Source: Eledone cirrhosa
Taxonomy: Eukaryota
Assembly: GCA_964016885.1 (NCBI GenBank)
Contig: OZ024752.1
Location: 29,078,001 to 29,142,000, forward strand
DNA: 64,000 bases
Direction of reading: 5' to 3'
The first letter of the stretch is position 1, and every line of letters starts with the position of its first letter. Positions 52,801 to 62,599 of this stretch are shown in pieces. Both the position numbers and the translations under genes were made by a program. Under the pieces are notes generated by a model. The model made no database searches, had not been told where the DNA came from, and saw only the letters and a program-made list of their open reading frames with translations.

Positions 52801-55800
52801 AACAACAACACAAACAACACCACAGTCAAACATCCCCCTATCAGCAAAACCAGCACCAACACCACCCCAAACACAAGCACCCACCATAAAAAGAAAACTC
52901 CCGGATGAACAACAAACTAAAACAACACAACAAAAACACAAACAACAATACGCATACATCAACACAAACAACAAGAGTTTGATGGAGGTCATCTCCCAAA
53001 ACCCCAAGGTGGAGACGGAGGGCAAAACTTTCGTCAAGGCAGAATCGTCTCCACACCTTAAACTTATAAGGGTTTCTATGGAAACCTATAAAGACCTAAA
53101 AATTAAATTTTCACAGGACGTGGGCAACCCCTGCCACAAACCCATCAACCGCATCCTGTTGAAAGGTTTCCCCACCCCACCCAACACCCCATCCGGCACC
53201 CAAATGGAGATTGAACAACCCGATCTCCAGGAAACGAAAAGGTAAGTGCACCTTTCGTCCTTTTTCTCCAACTTTTCTTCACCAACATGGCTGGTTTACG
53301 AGTTGGAACCGTGAATGTGCGTGGCCTAGGGATGCCCTGGAAACAGGGCCAACTTTTAAACGACCTTAGGTCACACAGTATGGATGTGATAGCCATCACC
53401 GAGTCCAGGATCCACAACAGGCAGCAACTAACCCCCATCTTCGACGACTTTGAGATCTACGCATCTCTCTGTCAGCCAGGAGGTGGAGGTGGAGTGGCTG
53501 TTATGTTTCGGAAGAACCTGGACGTCGGAGTACAGCAAGTACACTTGGACCCGGAGGGTAGACTGGTAGTCCTAGACGTGAACAGTATCGGAGGTGGAGC
53601 CTTCAGACTGGTGGTCGTTTATGCCCCGACCGGGCAATCGCAATCACGGCCAGACTTCTTTAAGCGTCTAGAGTCTTTTCTGGGAACGTCTCGCTCCTTA
53701 CTTTTAGTGGGGGACTGGAATGGTATCCTAGATGCACGATGGGACTATGTGGGAGCATGTCCCAGTAGAGCGGGGTGCAACAGCCTCAAAACTTTAATCG
53801 GCCAATTCCAACTGGCCGATAGGTATCGACTGGATTTCCCGACTGCACCACAGTGGACGTGGGTAAACCGCAGTGGGACATCTAGATCGTATTTAGATAG
53901 GTTCTTCATTAGAGAAAGGGACAAGGAGATGTTAAGCTGTCCACGAATGCACATGGTTGCCTATTCAGATCACAAGTTAGTCGTCTGCTTAGTCAACCGT
54001 GATAGAATACATAGACAGGGTCCCGGATACTGGAAGCTGAACGTGTCGTTGCCGGCACGTAAAGCTTACAGTGAACGGATAAGTAGACTAGTCAAGCAAC
54101 AGTTAATGGGAGCCATCGTCAACAATAGATGGTGGTACTCTCTCAAGAAAGCAATTAGAATAGAATCGATAGGGTATAGCAGAGAGTTAGCCTTAGAGAA
54201 AAACAGAATAGAAAGAGAACTAGTAGCCAAGGTAGAGGAGGCACTTAGAAGTGGCAACGCGGCTAGAGTGTTAGCGTTGAGAACGGCACTGGACCAGTTC
54301 TTCGATGCGAAACACGAAGGCTGCGTGGTCAGAAGCAAAACACGTGCTCTAGGAAATGAAGGAGCGAAAGCTGTCAGCTGGGCCCGAGTGGCGGAGGCAA
54401 AAAGTGGCAACAAGTCCACGATTCGGTCTTTGAAAGACCAAAACGGACACGTGCTACTTGACCCCAAGCAAATGTGCGCGGCCTTTCAGCGGCACTTTGC
54501 GCGACTGTTTGAGCAGAACGATGGTGAGCCGAACGGGGCAATGGACTTTAGTTCATACCTCGACGGCCTACCGCGTCTCTCGAACATGGACGCCGAGTTC
54601 TGCGAAAGACCGATCACAGACACTGAGATACGGGACGCTCTGGGCCGCTGCGGGAAACGCAAATCACCCGGTCTAGATGGTCTACCCTACGAATTTTACA
54701 TAGGCATGCCGGACTTGTTCTCTGGCGTCCTCGAAGCCGTCTACTGCAATTGGCAGCAGAACGGGAGAATTCCCAGTTCTGCAGGCAAGGGCGTAGTAAC
54801 GCTGATCAGGAAAGACGAGAACAAGGGGGACGAAATTAACAACTTCAGGCCCATAACTCTGCTCAACACAGAGTTAAAGATTTTGGCCAAGGTGCTAGCG
54901 ACGAGGTTGGCGCTTGTCGTCGAGAACCTGGTAGGGAAAGCGCAAATGTGTGCAATCCCGACCAGGTCCATACACGACAACCTCCACCTCATGCGATACA
55001 TCATAGAGAGGGTGGGTAGTAAACCCGGCTTCGGTGGGGCTCTGATCAACTTGGATCAGTCTAAGGCATTCGATAGGGTCGACCATCGATACTTGGAAGC
55101 GGTTCTCAAGGCGGCCGGTTTCGGTCCCGTGTTCAGAGGATGGATCGAGGCGATGCACACCAGCATCTGCTCACCAGCATCTGCTCGAGGGTCAAGGTGA
55201 ACGGCTACCTATCGGAGCCGTTCGCAATCACGCGTTCCATTCGACAGGGATGCCCTCTCTCCTCCATTCTGTATGTATTGACTCTAGAGCCACTACTGCG
55301 GAAATTGGAGCTGTTGCAGGGCATCCCCCTAGAACCGGGACTGCGCAAAGCGGCGTCGGCTTATGCCAACGACGTAACGGTAATGGTGTCGAGCACTTCG
55401 GAAATCGGGGTGATCGGCAACATACTGAAAGAATACGAAACGCTGACGGGAGCAAAACTAAACCCAGACAAGTCTGTCGGTTTGCAACCCAGTACATGGA
55501 GAGGCAAACCGATGACATCCGACAGCGTCGTTGGACGCTGGACGGACGGACCGGTGAAATTGCTCGGGGTCTGGTTCAGTCCAGACCTCCAGGTGGAGAA
55601 AAACTGGAACAAGGTCATGGCCAAGGTGTTTGCACTCACTCAGAAGTGGGCAGAGTGCAAACTGTCCTTGAAAGGTCGAGCGGAGGTGGCGAACATTTTT
55701 ATAGCGTCCGTCATCTACTACCGCTTGACTGTCGTGCCTTGTCCCCGTGAACACCTCGCCAAGATGGAACGCATGCTCTTCCAGTTTCTGTGGAAGAAGC

Positions 55801-57015
55801 AGGCTCCGCTGGTGAGGAGATCCGTCTGCTGTCAGCACCCTTCCAACGGAGGGCTGGGAATGCCGTGGCTGATGATGCGCAAACATGCGCTGAGGCTGCG
55901 GCATCTCCAGGTATTCTTCACCGACCCCCAACCGGTGTGGGCACCGTTTGTGAGACAGGCTTTCCCACAGCTCGTCTCGCTAACGGAGCTGCAGTCCTGG
56001 GTGAAGAAAAGACCGAAAACGATGGGCGCCTGGCACATTGAATGCGCTCAGGCGCTCACAGTCCTCTGGCAAGCGGGCGCAGCAATCAGTGGAGACTCCA
56101 CTTCGACATTCTATAGAGGGATTGTACGTTACAAGGGCGACGACGTGCTCAGAGAGACTCTGGCCGTCGAAGACGATGAGCTCACCAGTCTGTTTGGTAG
56201 GACTTTCCGCCCGGGACCTATGGACAACTTCCAGAGGACTCTGGCCTGGCAGTGCTACCGAGGAGCTCTACCGGTTCGTGACAAGATCTACAGGCACGGA
56301 CGCCCTGGCAGGGATCCTTCCAAGAGGACGTGTCCAAGATGTGCGCAGGACATTGAAACAGTTCTGCACACAATTGTACACTGCCCAGGCGTAAGTAACC
56401 TGTGGAACTATGCAGAACAACTGCTGTCGCGTATGGGACAAATCCAGTTGACTGCCGAGTCCATAGTAAGGATCAAACCGCCAGACTCTTTCAAAAACGA
56501 AAGAGAGGCAGTTTTCCTCTGTACGGTGGCTATGGTGAAAGAAGTTATATGGTGGACGACGTTGAGAGGACTGAGGACAGATACCTTTCTCTCCGGACAA
56601 CAATTGATTCCCTTCTTTAAGTATCACTTTAGAAGGAGAATCAGGGTGGAGAGAGAGGCACTGCACCCCAGTAAATTTACTGAAAGGTGGGTGAATGAAG
56701 CGAAAATGGCCCGAGTGATTGGGCCTTCTCTGTTTATAAGCCTGTAGGTTGAGGAAGAGAGCAAAAGGAAGAAAGGAGCACTTGCACAACACGCTCCTGG
56801 AGTTAAGGGTTGTTCTATCGACGGGGTATTAAACAACCCATTTGTGGCGTCTCCCCCCTATTGGGGATTTCGATTGTTGAAATTGTTTGTTTTTATATTT
56901 TTTACATGACTGTATGTAAAATCCCCGGCATGTTTTTGTATTGTCCTCTTTTCTTGTTGCGCCCTTGTGGCTAATAAAGAAATCTATCTATCTTTCTCTT
57001 TCTTTCTCTCTCTCG

Positions 57016-57056
<41 letters not shown>

Positions 57057-58281
57057 TTTGTGTGTGTGTTACATTTATTGATATGTCCTGTAACCTAGCG
57101 GTTTGAAAAATAAAGATTTATAAGATAAGTACCAAACTTTAAAAAATAAGTAATGAGATCATTATCAGTTTTCTTTCTGTATCAAATGACATTGAAGACT
57201 CTTCTAAAACATGTAATCTTACTTTGCCTAAGATGTACATGTACACTGTAAACAATGCACATATATTCAGTCTTGGGTGCTGCACTATTTTGTTTGAAAA
57301 TAAATTTATAAAGAAATGAATAAGAGAAGAAAAATGCTTTTATTTATTGCATATTTAACAAAATTTTCTCCCTCTAAATTTCTGATCCTTTGCTAAAATT
57401 CGCTTGAACTTCCCCTAACTACTCTCAGGTTTCAAATAATCGTCCCCACTCACTTATTAATTTTTCAGATTTTTTTCACCCAGCCCCCTTGCCCCTGCTT
57501 ATTAAATGTTGCTAATCTATTTTATGTGGTAGCATTCCTGCAACAATTAATTTCCTTTAGACATGAAAAAATATTATATATGACCAAAAAAGAATGTTAC
57601 ACGAAATCCCATACGTTATAAAATAAATAGGATGGATTCGGGTCTCAACATATAAACCAAATGATTGATTCTGGTTTTTAAAAAAATCAAGGGAGACAAC
57701 CTAGAAAAATTAACTATTTTCACCCCCCCCCCCTATTATTTGGGACTTGAAGGTATATATGTATAATAATATAAAGAAATATCTTCTCTTTGTTTTTTCT
57801 TTCCTAAAGTGAAACTATATTTTCTGATTATATATTTTTGATGTTTTCCTTTTATTTGTCAAGCATGGACGAATGTGAAGCCCTCTGCACCAAAATAGCT
57901 ATAATGGTCAATGGCCAGTTCAGATGTTTGGGGAGTATTCAACACCTAAAGAGCAAATTTGGAGAAGGCTATAGTCTCATCGCCAAAGTGAGACATCAAG
58001 ATGCCAGTGCAGAACATCAAGACAACGGTGCAGAAAATCAAGGTTTACAGCCATTAATGAACTTCATTGAAAATTCTCTGCCTGGAAGTACTTTAAAAGA
58101 CTTACATGAAAGTCTTATCCATTATCAAATTCCTAAAAATGCAAATATTTCATGGGCTCAAATGTTTGGGACTTTGGAGAAGGCTAAATATAAGTTTAAT
58201 GTTGAAGCTTATTCTTTAGGTCAAACAACTTTGGAACAAGTATTTTTAAACTTTGCCAGGTCACAAGTAACGCCAAAATAG
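8841..58281 (+). CDS. ABCA3: ABCA-subfamily (ABCA3-like) full ABC transporter gene, 18 coding exons, 5' part outside or not resolved in window
   Basis: All 18 exons have AG/GT boundaries and join in phase (4718 nt total). NBD1: [41 protein letters not shown]2: [41 protein letters not shown]. Also [22 protein letters not shown] and [12 protein letters not shown] motifs. Orthology to ABCA3 specifically is inferred. Confidence 0.9.
9252..11672 (-). mobile_element. RTE-clade LINE, 5'-truncated 2.4 kb copy with (ATG)n tail
   Basis: Minus-strand ORF pieces from QHRLVV through [26 protein letters not shown] to RLRWYGHV and RGRPRKT; catcatcat tail at 9252. Confidence 0.92.
11940..12210 (-). mobile_element. 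3' fragment of a second RTE-like LINE family, (GAA)n tail
   Basis: Related copies at about 32650-32880, 39100-39380 and 48840-49230; encodes RPxGRxRVRWLxNIHEL. Confidence 0.65.
13962..14218 (+). CDS. ABCA3: ABCA exon ([11 protein letters not shown]...PYPPY...EKELRLK)
   Basis: tttacAG acceptor, AAG|GTGAGT donor, ABCA motifs. Confidence 0.92.
14971..15260. mobile_element. Tc1/pogo (Tigger-like) MITE
   Basis: TA|CAGTAGTCC ... GTACACTG|TA. Confidence 0.55.
16646..16883 (+). CDS. ABCA3: ABCA exon (EAMKMMGL...SSFFSK)
   Basis: ttttcAG / G|GTAAGC; TM helices. Confidence 0.93.
17283..17472. mobile_element. mariner-derived MITE, right end eroded
   Basis: tgaaaagttcataggctgac ... gtcagcctatgaacttttca inverted repeat; starts TA-TGAGGG. 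Confidence 0.6.
18007..18180 (+). CDS. ABCA3: ABCA exon ([19 protein letters not shown]...FEGQG)
   Basis: ttccAG / G|GTAAAA; 174 nt, in phase. Confidence 0.92.
18405..18475 (-). ncRNA. type I hammerhead ribozyme motif
   Basis: Minus strand: tattttat CTGACGA aaacgcaaatgtcatc tcat gatgatatttgttttt GAAA tgcgca TA ataaaata; 8-bp helix I, about 16-bp helix II, palindromic helix III. Confidence 0.8.
18900..20666 (+). mobile_element. probable Helentron/HINE-like non-autonomous element interrupted by an RTE
   Basis: 5' ATACTAGC...GCCCGGCGTTGCTTGGG, internal 37-bp tandem repeat (19207-19388), 3' (GACA)n then ttttatatatatagat. Confidence 0.45.
19785..20622 (-). mobile_element. RTE LINE 3' end with about 400-nt 3' UTR and (ATG)n tail
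   Basis: ORF 20183-20644 ([22 protein letters not shown]), then a UTR holding 45-bp repeat units. Confidence 0.85.
21295..21680. repeat. CA-rich minisatellite, about 25 bp unit
   Basis: tgacagaaacatacacacaaacaca repeated. Confidence 0.9.
21900..22090 (+). mobile_element. SINE family A
   Basis: gtggattggcag head, gagttcaaatcc B-box, gcctttcatcct core. Confidence 0.75.
22186..22367 (+). CDS. ABCA3: ABCA exon (GIGVQW...[22 protein letters not shown])
   Basis: ttttAG / ATG|GTAAAT; conserved PGEYGVP motif. Confidence 0.94.
23470..23720 (-). mobile_element. tRNA-derived SINE family B (CORE-like), minus strand
   Basis: Reverse complement resembles 35035-35240 (ggcttagtggttag, ttcttgagcaaaacactt). 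Confidence 0.6.
24129..24266 (+). CDS. ABCA3: ABCA exon (KSYWCG...FESEP...GIEIKHLYK)
   Basis: tttcAG / AAG|GTATGT. Confidence 0.92.
25595..25718 (+). CDS. ABCA3: ABCA exon, NBD1 Walker A ([18 protein letters not shown])
   Basis: ttctAG / G|GTAAGT; Walker A. Confidence 0.95.
25807..25900. repeat. 94-nt near-perfect palindrome/hairpin
   Basis: aacccactgaacagaaaa / ttttctgttcagtgggtt and gatatcagca / tgctgatatc arms. Confidence 0.85.
26746..29091 (-). mobile_element. hAT (Buster/Charlie-type) transposon, internally deleted, transposase pseudogene
   Basis: TIRs CACAGGTTCTCAAC / GTTGAGAACCTTTG (13/14); 8-bp TSD CTTTAGAC (26738-45, 29092-99) with central TA; minus-strand [13 protein letters not shown] and FPSSYL remnants. 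Confidence 0.9.
28335..28660. repeat. 40-bp minisatellite, about 8 copies, inside the hAT element
   Basis: tgtatgtggtcctagatgtatgtattacctgcctgtgtat repeated. Confidence 0.9.
29902..30056 (+). CDS. ABCA3: ABCA exon, NBD1 Q-loop ([11 protein letters not shown])
   Basis: cacAG / AGG|GTAAAA. Confidence 0.95.
30121..30310 (+). mobile_element. SINE family A, intact copy
   Basis: ggaggtggattggcagtatc...gagttcaaatcc...gtgccaaaaagtagaaacaat. Confidence 0.8.
30423..30967. mobile_element. foldback element with about 178-bp identical inverted arms in a (TA)n tract
   Basis: 30423-30600 is the reverse complement of 30790-30967; 189-bp spacer. Confidence 0.85.
31050..31395 (+). mobile_element. RTE 3' fragment with (ATG)n tail
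   Basis: gtatggacatgtg, agaccaagaaaaacctg, ggatgtaaaaatggtgatgatg. Confidence 0.75.
31862..32190 (+). mobile_element. tRNA-derived SINE family B (CORE-like)
   Basis: A-box tggcttagtgtttag, B-box gagttcgattc, CORE-like gtgttcttgagcaagacactt. Confidence 0.75.
32902..33057 (+). CDS. ABCA3: ABCA exon, NBD1 signature ([20 protein letters not shown])
   Basis: tttacAG / AAG|GTGATT. Confidence 0.95.
34175..34385 (+). CDS. ABCA3: ABCA exon, NBD1 Walker B/H-loop ([13 protein letters not shown]...TTHFMDEAD)
   Basis: ccatAG / G|GTAAGT. Confidence 0.95.
34446..34935. repeat. 70-bp higher-order minisatellite, about 6 copies
   Basis: atgcactcacatatatgcattcacatatatgcatctaaatat... with period 70. Confidence 0.9.
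35035..35240 (+). mobile_element. tRNA-derived SINE family B (CORE-like)
   Basis: tggcttagtggttagagc, gagtttgatctc, gtgtccttgagcaagacactt. Confidence 0.75.
35397..35646 (+). CDS. ABCA3: ABCA exon, regulatory domain 1 (GAGYHL...[10 protein letters not shown])
   Basis: ttctAG / AA|GTTAGT. Confidence 0.92.
36597..36721 (+). CDS. ABCA3: ABCA exon, linker (KVSENK...FEPSG)
   Basis: gatcAG / G|GTAAGT; provides the needed phase 2 to phase 1 bridge. Confidence 0.8.
37373..38365 (+). CDS. ABCA3: ABCA exon, 993 nt, TMD2 and extracellular domain 2
   Basis: tttgcAG / G|GTAAAT; [26 protein letters not shown]. Confidence 0.95.
38438..38737. mobile_element. Tc1/pogo (Tigger-like) MITE
   Basis: TA|CAGTTGAACCTTGGTTCA ... 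TGAACCGAGGTTCCACTG|TA. Confidence 0.75.
38840..39034 (+). CDS. ABCA3: ABCA exon (GLVTVISV...PQFCLGQSL...SCF)
   Basis: attttAG / A|GTAAGT. Confidence 0.9.
39468..39976 (+). CDS. ABCA3: ABCA exon, last TM helix and NBD2 Walker A ([23 protein letters not shown])
   Basis: tttcAG / GAG|GTAAAT. Confidence 0.94.
41574..43354 (-). mobile_element. RTE LINE (3' part), interrupted by an LTR element; continues at 45936-46206
   Basis: Close relative of 9252-11150; RT motifs on the minus strand. Confidence 0.9.
43355..45935 (+). mobile_element. non-autonomous LTR retroelement with truncated 3' LTR
   Basis: 461-bp near-identical direct repeats 43355-43815 and 45475-45935 starting TGT; AATAAA in repeat; PBS-like TGGTGACCGACGT at 43907; purine-rich ggttggaggtga before second repeat; no gag/pol ORF. 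Confidence 0.8.
46240..46369. repeat. 130-nt foldback carrying back-to-back hammerhead motifs
   Basis: aaatttaatatagaaat..cttctacaggactagaactgtttcatt mirrored by aatgaaacagttctagtcctgtagaag..atttctatattaaattt. Confidence 0.85.
46301..46352 (+). ncRNA. type I hammerhead ribozyme motif
   Basis: ggctttc CTGATGA tttc tttc gaat GAAA cag ttctagtc ctg TA gaagcc; helix III CAG/CTG, GUA site. Confidence 0.68.
47153..47605. mobile_element. TTAA-flanked MITE with a second TTAA MITE (47321-47540) nested inside
   Basis: TTAA at 47149, 47317, 47541 and 47606; empty site aacctTTAAaatgagtg in the related copy near 17085. Confidence 0.75.
47638..47825 (+). CDS. ABCA3: ABCA exon, NBD2 Q-loop ([10 protein letters not shown])
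   Basis: ttgtAG / AG|GTGAGT. Confidence 0.95.
49415..49585 (+). CDS. ABCA3: ABCA exon, NBD2 signature/Walker B (SGGNKRKLS...[10 protein letters not shown]...TSH)
   Basis: cacAG / AG|GTAATT. Confidence 0.95.
49658..50040 (-). mobile_element. RTE-like LINE 3' fragment
   Basis: [12 protein letters not shown]...AMNDRPTWR remnant. Confidence 0.55.
50670..50734 (-). ncRNA. type I hammerhead ribozyme motif, same family as 18405
   Basis: Minus strand: tattttat CTGATGA aagcgcaccaag aatgc cttggttgtcctt GAAA tatata TA ataaaata. Confidence 0.75.
51457..53245 (+). pseudogene. LINE ORF1 (gag-like CCHC zinc knuckle, Pro/Thr-rich), probable frameshift near 51597
   Basis: [14 protein letters not shown] knuckle; the ATG at 51457 is in a different frame from the 51509-53245 ORF. 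Confidence 0.75.
53287..56747 (+). pseudogene. LINE ORF2 (AP endonuclease, reverse transcriptase, C-terminal zinc finger), frameshifted
   Basis: TVNVRGL, VGDWN, SYLDRF, SDHK; [36 protein letters not shown]; CPRC..ETVLH..C; frame break at a 14-bp duplication 55158-55185. Confidence 0.92.
57422..57753. mobile_element. TA-flanked MITE with imperfect TIRs; relatives at about 8190-8490 and 33560-33870
   Basis: ta-ctctcaggtttcaaataatcg ... ctattatttgggacttgaagg-ta; shared aaatcaagggagacaacctagaaaaatta. Confidence 0.5.
57864..58281 (+). CDS. ABCA3: ABCA terminal coding exon (SMDECEALC...[18 protein letters not shown])
   Basis: tttatttgtcaAG acceptor, TAG at 58279-58281. Confidence 0.93.
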
Positions 58282-59019
58282 ATAAAAGGATGGCATTTAT
58301 CTAACTAAATGTTGCTCAGTCATACAGAAAGATTAGTTAAATGTCACATTGCAGTTAAAAGTCATTTTAGTGCCTTGCCTGATTAGTAAGTAAAAATGCT
58401 GGGATGAATTTGTGTGTGGGTGTGTGTGTGTCAGTGAGTATATAGTGCTTAATGGAGATATATATATATAATTATTTTACATGACTTTATTTTTTACTAA
58501 ATGCACATAAAACTCACTAAAGCTTAGAAGACTCCAGAGACATAGTTTCATTCTTTCCATATTTAGCTCATTGATATGTAAGATACTTTGATAAACAAAG
58601 TCTATTTTTGCTAAATATGGATATTTACATTTTCTAAAAGATTTTGCATTAAAGAAATTTGATTATTTTAATGCTTAATTTTGATAAACTATATCCAGCG
58701 GTTTTCAACCGTTTTATTACCAAATACGCATTTTAAGTAGGTTTTTTCATGGACCTAACCCTAACCATTGCTACAATTATTTCTGACCCAAATTGTTATA
58801 TTGTGAAAATAATCATCAAAAGAGAGACGTGTTTATACTTAGAGAAGAATAAATGTGTGTATAATAGGTTTTTAACAAAGTATTAAAAATTTTAACCTAG
58901 CTCATAGATCCCCTGCACCCAGTACTACTTTTGTAGACTTCTAGGGATCCACAAACTCCAGGTTAAGAGCCATTGGTCTATATTTTGAAGAAATTATAGA
59001 TTTTAAGATGAGATGTTTG

Positions 59020-59935
59020 AAGGAATTCCAATATGCTGATAACTTGATCTTATAGCTCAAGCTATTCAAGATTTAGAGAAGAAAACAAAAACCTAGAATC
59101 AAGAGGCCTCATAGCAAAATTAGCAAAGACTAATATTTTAGTACATAGGAAATAGAGCAGGCCCATGCTGCCACCAAGGAAATAGCCTTGCTCAATATGC
59201 AAAAAAGGCATAGGTAGAAATTCCATATAGTGTCCCTAGAGTGTATAATGGATGCACAAAAGGTTTACAAATAAGCTATTGAAGAAAGTAGACTTCATAG
59301 GTGGCAGATATTCAAGAGTGGTTAACAATAAGAGTACCTGTAGATTAGATCCCTTCAAATAATTAGGGACCCATTAGAAATAGTTACCTAAGTGACCTAA
59401 TTAGCAGTAGAGTTTGGAGCTCTGAAAAACTTACTAGCTAGAATAAGAATGGAGTGGGAAAGGCTGAGACAGCTAGTGACTCTGCTGGCTATAAAGGGTT
59501 TATTTTTCTCAGAGCAAGGTTGCAGAGTAGTAAGACATAGGCCTTCTATACGGAAAAGTTTTGAAGACTAGAAAAAATAAAATAAAATGAGCATGCTCCA
59601 TTGGATATGTAATATTGGAATGTATGAATGGTGGCATATATGAGCTGAGAGAAAGGCTGCATGTGACAGAAATCAGATTGGTGTGCAAAAGAAAAGGATA
59701 CACTGGTGTGGGCATATGATGTATATAAAGGATGTCAGTTGTGTAAAGAATTACCAAGTGTTTGACATGTCTGGATCTTATGGAAGAAGAGGACAGAAGA
59801 GTAAGAAGTGGTGAAGACAGTTCTCATGAAGGAGATGACAAAGGACCATGACAAGTGACAACCCCTGTTGTTTGAGAAGACTTGCCTATTGGTGCAGCCA
59901 TGGCAAAACAGGCATTAAAATGATGGTGATGATAG
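59020..59935 (+). mobile_element. old degraded RTE fragment
   Basis: tatgctgataacttg (YADx), ccttgctcaatatgc, tgatggtgatgat tail. Confidence 0.65.
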
Positions 59936-62170
59936 AGGTTGGGATGTACAATTATATTCCTGACCTGATTATCCTCTCATCTATCACATAACCTATCTCT
60001 TATTCACTGTACTGTGTAACAAGGGATGTCACTTGATCTGTCTGTATTTAAATTCTCTCCACCTTCACCATTTCTCACTGTACCTTCCTTCCACCATCAC
60101 TATTTATCACTCTCTTGCTCACATTTGCCTTGAACAAAGAGAGAGACAATGTAATCTAGAGGGGACTCTTTAGTGTTGTTGAGAACAACCAATACAACCT
60201 CTTTTGGTGTGATGTTTAAAGTGGATAACCACGCCAAAAATGGAATGTACAAGCAAAGCATTGTTCATTGTTCATAGTATGACTGAATAAGAACTGACTT
60301 GGGTCATGATGATGTATAACCCCTGCCAACATGGGAAGTGGACATAAAATGATGATGATGATTTTTAGAATAGAAAACTTTCCTACTGACTGTAACACTA
60401 TAGAGTCCTTTGTTTCCTAGTTAACTAAATTACAAATATCTATGATTGTTAAATAATATGTAAGTTTAAACTAGTCTTTATATAATTCAAACTGCAGCTA
60501 GTGAGTCACAAAATTATTCAGTTAAACAGGGACTATACTGATAACATTCACTAATTTGGATATCTGATTGCAACCTAGGTAGATTAATATCAGTTTAATA
60601 TATATGACATAATTAGGGTGTGAAAACCACCACAATTCATGGTACTTGTTGTTTTGCCCAGCTATTTGTAGGGCATTCTCTAAGGAACCAGCTATTTGTA
60701 GGGAATTCACCATGACAAATTAGTATTGAGAAGTTATCTTCTATAAAATGTTTTCCTCTTACATAAATCATAGTATAATAACTTTGGTGAGAGAAAAATC
60801 TCTTTATATTTTACATGTCTTATATTTATAACAGTATTATCCACTTTGAGATGTTGATAAAATTGAAATATATGTGCAATATAAAGGGAAATATTTATTC
60901 AATTAAAAGTACACCTAAGATATATAATACAGAACTTCATATATTTGACTATTCCATGCTGTACTGCAAATAGGTCTTTCCTTGGACAATTTCAGTAGTG
61001 TATGAGTTTTTCTATGAGAAAAGGTTGCCTCTCATCCCTTTTACATTTCTAGAGAAAGGGGCACTGAGAACAGTCCCTTCTGAGAAAATTCTGAAAGGAT
61101 GAAAAATAAAATTTGCTTTGGTGGGATTTAAACTCAGTGCACAAAAAGTCAGAACAAATGTTGCAAAGTATTCTCTCTTACACTCTAACAACTCTTACAC
61201 AACTCTTACACAACTCTACCAAGTCATTGCCAATATAGCAATAGCTTTAGAAATGTGTCATAAAAACTGATAATAATGGATGGATTGATAGAGTAACAAG
61301 GTGGATGAAATATACACCCCAACATAAATAGAATAATATAAATCTGGAAGAAGAAACAAACAGATCTTCAGGATTATATAATTCTTGCTAATAGGCTAAC
61401 AGCTTGGTAAATTTTTTATAGATAAGAAGGAATAAAGACAATCTCAGAAGTATTTGAACTCAGAATATAGATATTAAACTAAATACAGAAATATGGAAAA
61501 CTTAACCTATGGCTATCTATATAAGTTAAAAATATTGATTGATTATACTGAAGCCTCAAATATAGTGGAGGAATATGTTGTGACATTAAGGTTGGTCAAA
61601 CTTTCGAGCCTTCAAAGGTAAAAACTGAAAATGACATGGCTTTAATAAGGAATCAAAATAAATTATAAATTTGGTTTGCCATAATATTATTTCTTAGTTT
61701 ATGGTGCCACACCACCATTTATGATTCTCATTACCATCATTAAATGCCTACTTTCCATACTGGCATGGATTGGACTGGTTGTCATGGTCTAAGTCTGGAG
61801 GGATTGGAAAGATCACATCTTTCTCATACATTCCATTTTTTTTTTTCATTGTTTCTATGGCTGGATGTCTTTCCTAATGCAAACCATTTTATTATGACTC
61901 CACAGGAGAGGTTGTAATATACTTCGTAAAACTGAAAAGTCCTCTCTACTCTATATTGTCTCTGTTTGATGTCAACCACTACACATTCTAAATTAATTTA
62001 AAGTTCTTCACTGATTTACTACTCCATATTCTAAAATATATAGTTGAAACTGATTTGTATTCTGACACCATGTAATGAATTTATTAAAATGGAATTTGGT
62101 GGATGGAAATCCGGTGAAAACCCATCATATATACAATTATATATTTATGTGTGTGTGTGTCTAACGTTCA

Positions 62171-62355
62171 TTGGATTGGCAGTATCGGTAGAGGGTCGGA
62201 CGCCATGCTTTCCAGCATAGTTACGTCCCTTTACGATCTGAGTTCAAATCCCGCCGAGGTTGACTTTGCCTTTCATCCTTACGGGGTCGATAAAATAAAG
62301 TACCAGTAATGCACTGGATAATTGCTGGCCTTGTGCCTAAAGTAGAAACAATTAA
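62171..62355 (+). mobile_element. SINE family A
   Basis: Near-identical to 30127-30310. Confidence 0.8.
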
Positions 62356-62415
62356 TGTATATTACCAACAAATATAAACATATGAAAAACATTGTCATTC
62401 TACCATCAGAAATAC

Positions 62416-62591
62416 AGTGAAATTCTGTTATAATGAAATTCATGGGGAATAAAAAAAATTTGTTGTAACGAAAATATTTTTAAAAACGAGATCAACTGAA
62501 ACAAATCGAGCATGTGGGCAGGGATTGAAAAAAATGTTGTTATACTAAAAAATTCATTATAATGGTATTCGTTATAATGGAATTTTACATG
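62416..62591. mobile_element. Tc1/pogo-like MITE
   Basis: TA|CAGTGAAATTCTGTTATAATG ... CGTTATAATGGAATTTTACATG|TA. Confidence 0.55.
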
Positions 62592-62599
62592 TATAGTAA

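Larger units (their letters stand above)
51153..56981 (+). mobile_element. near full-length Tx1/L1-clade non-LTR retrotransposon
   Basis: ORF1 plus ORF2 (APE-RT-zinc finger), 3' AATAAAGAA, 12-bp TSD ATCTATCTATCT at 51141-51152 and 56982-56993. Confidence 0.92.

Noticed and set aside
53242-53302. Small intron fusing LINE ORF1 to ORF2
   Set aside because: Splicing to the first downstream AG puts ORF2 out of frame.
52660-56836. Antisense and alternate-frame ORFs within the LINE
   Set aside because: Shadow ORFs of GC-richer coding sequence with no recognisable motifs.
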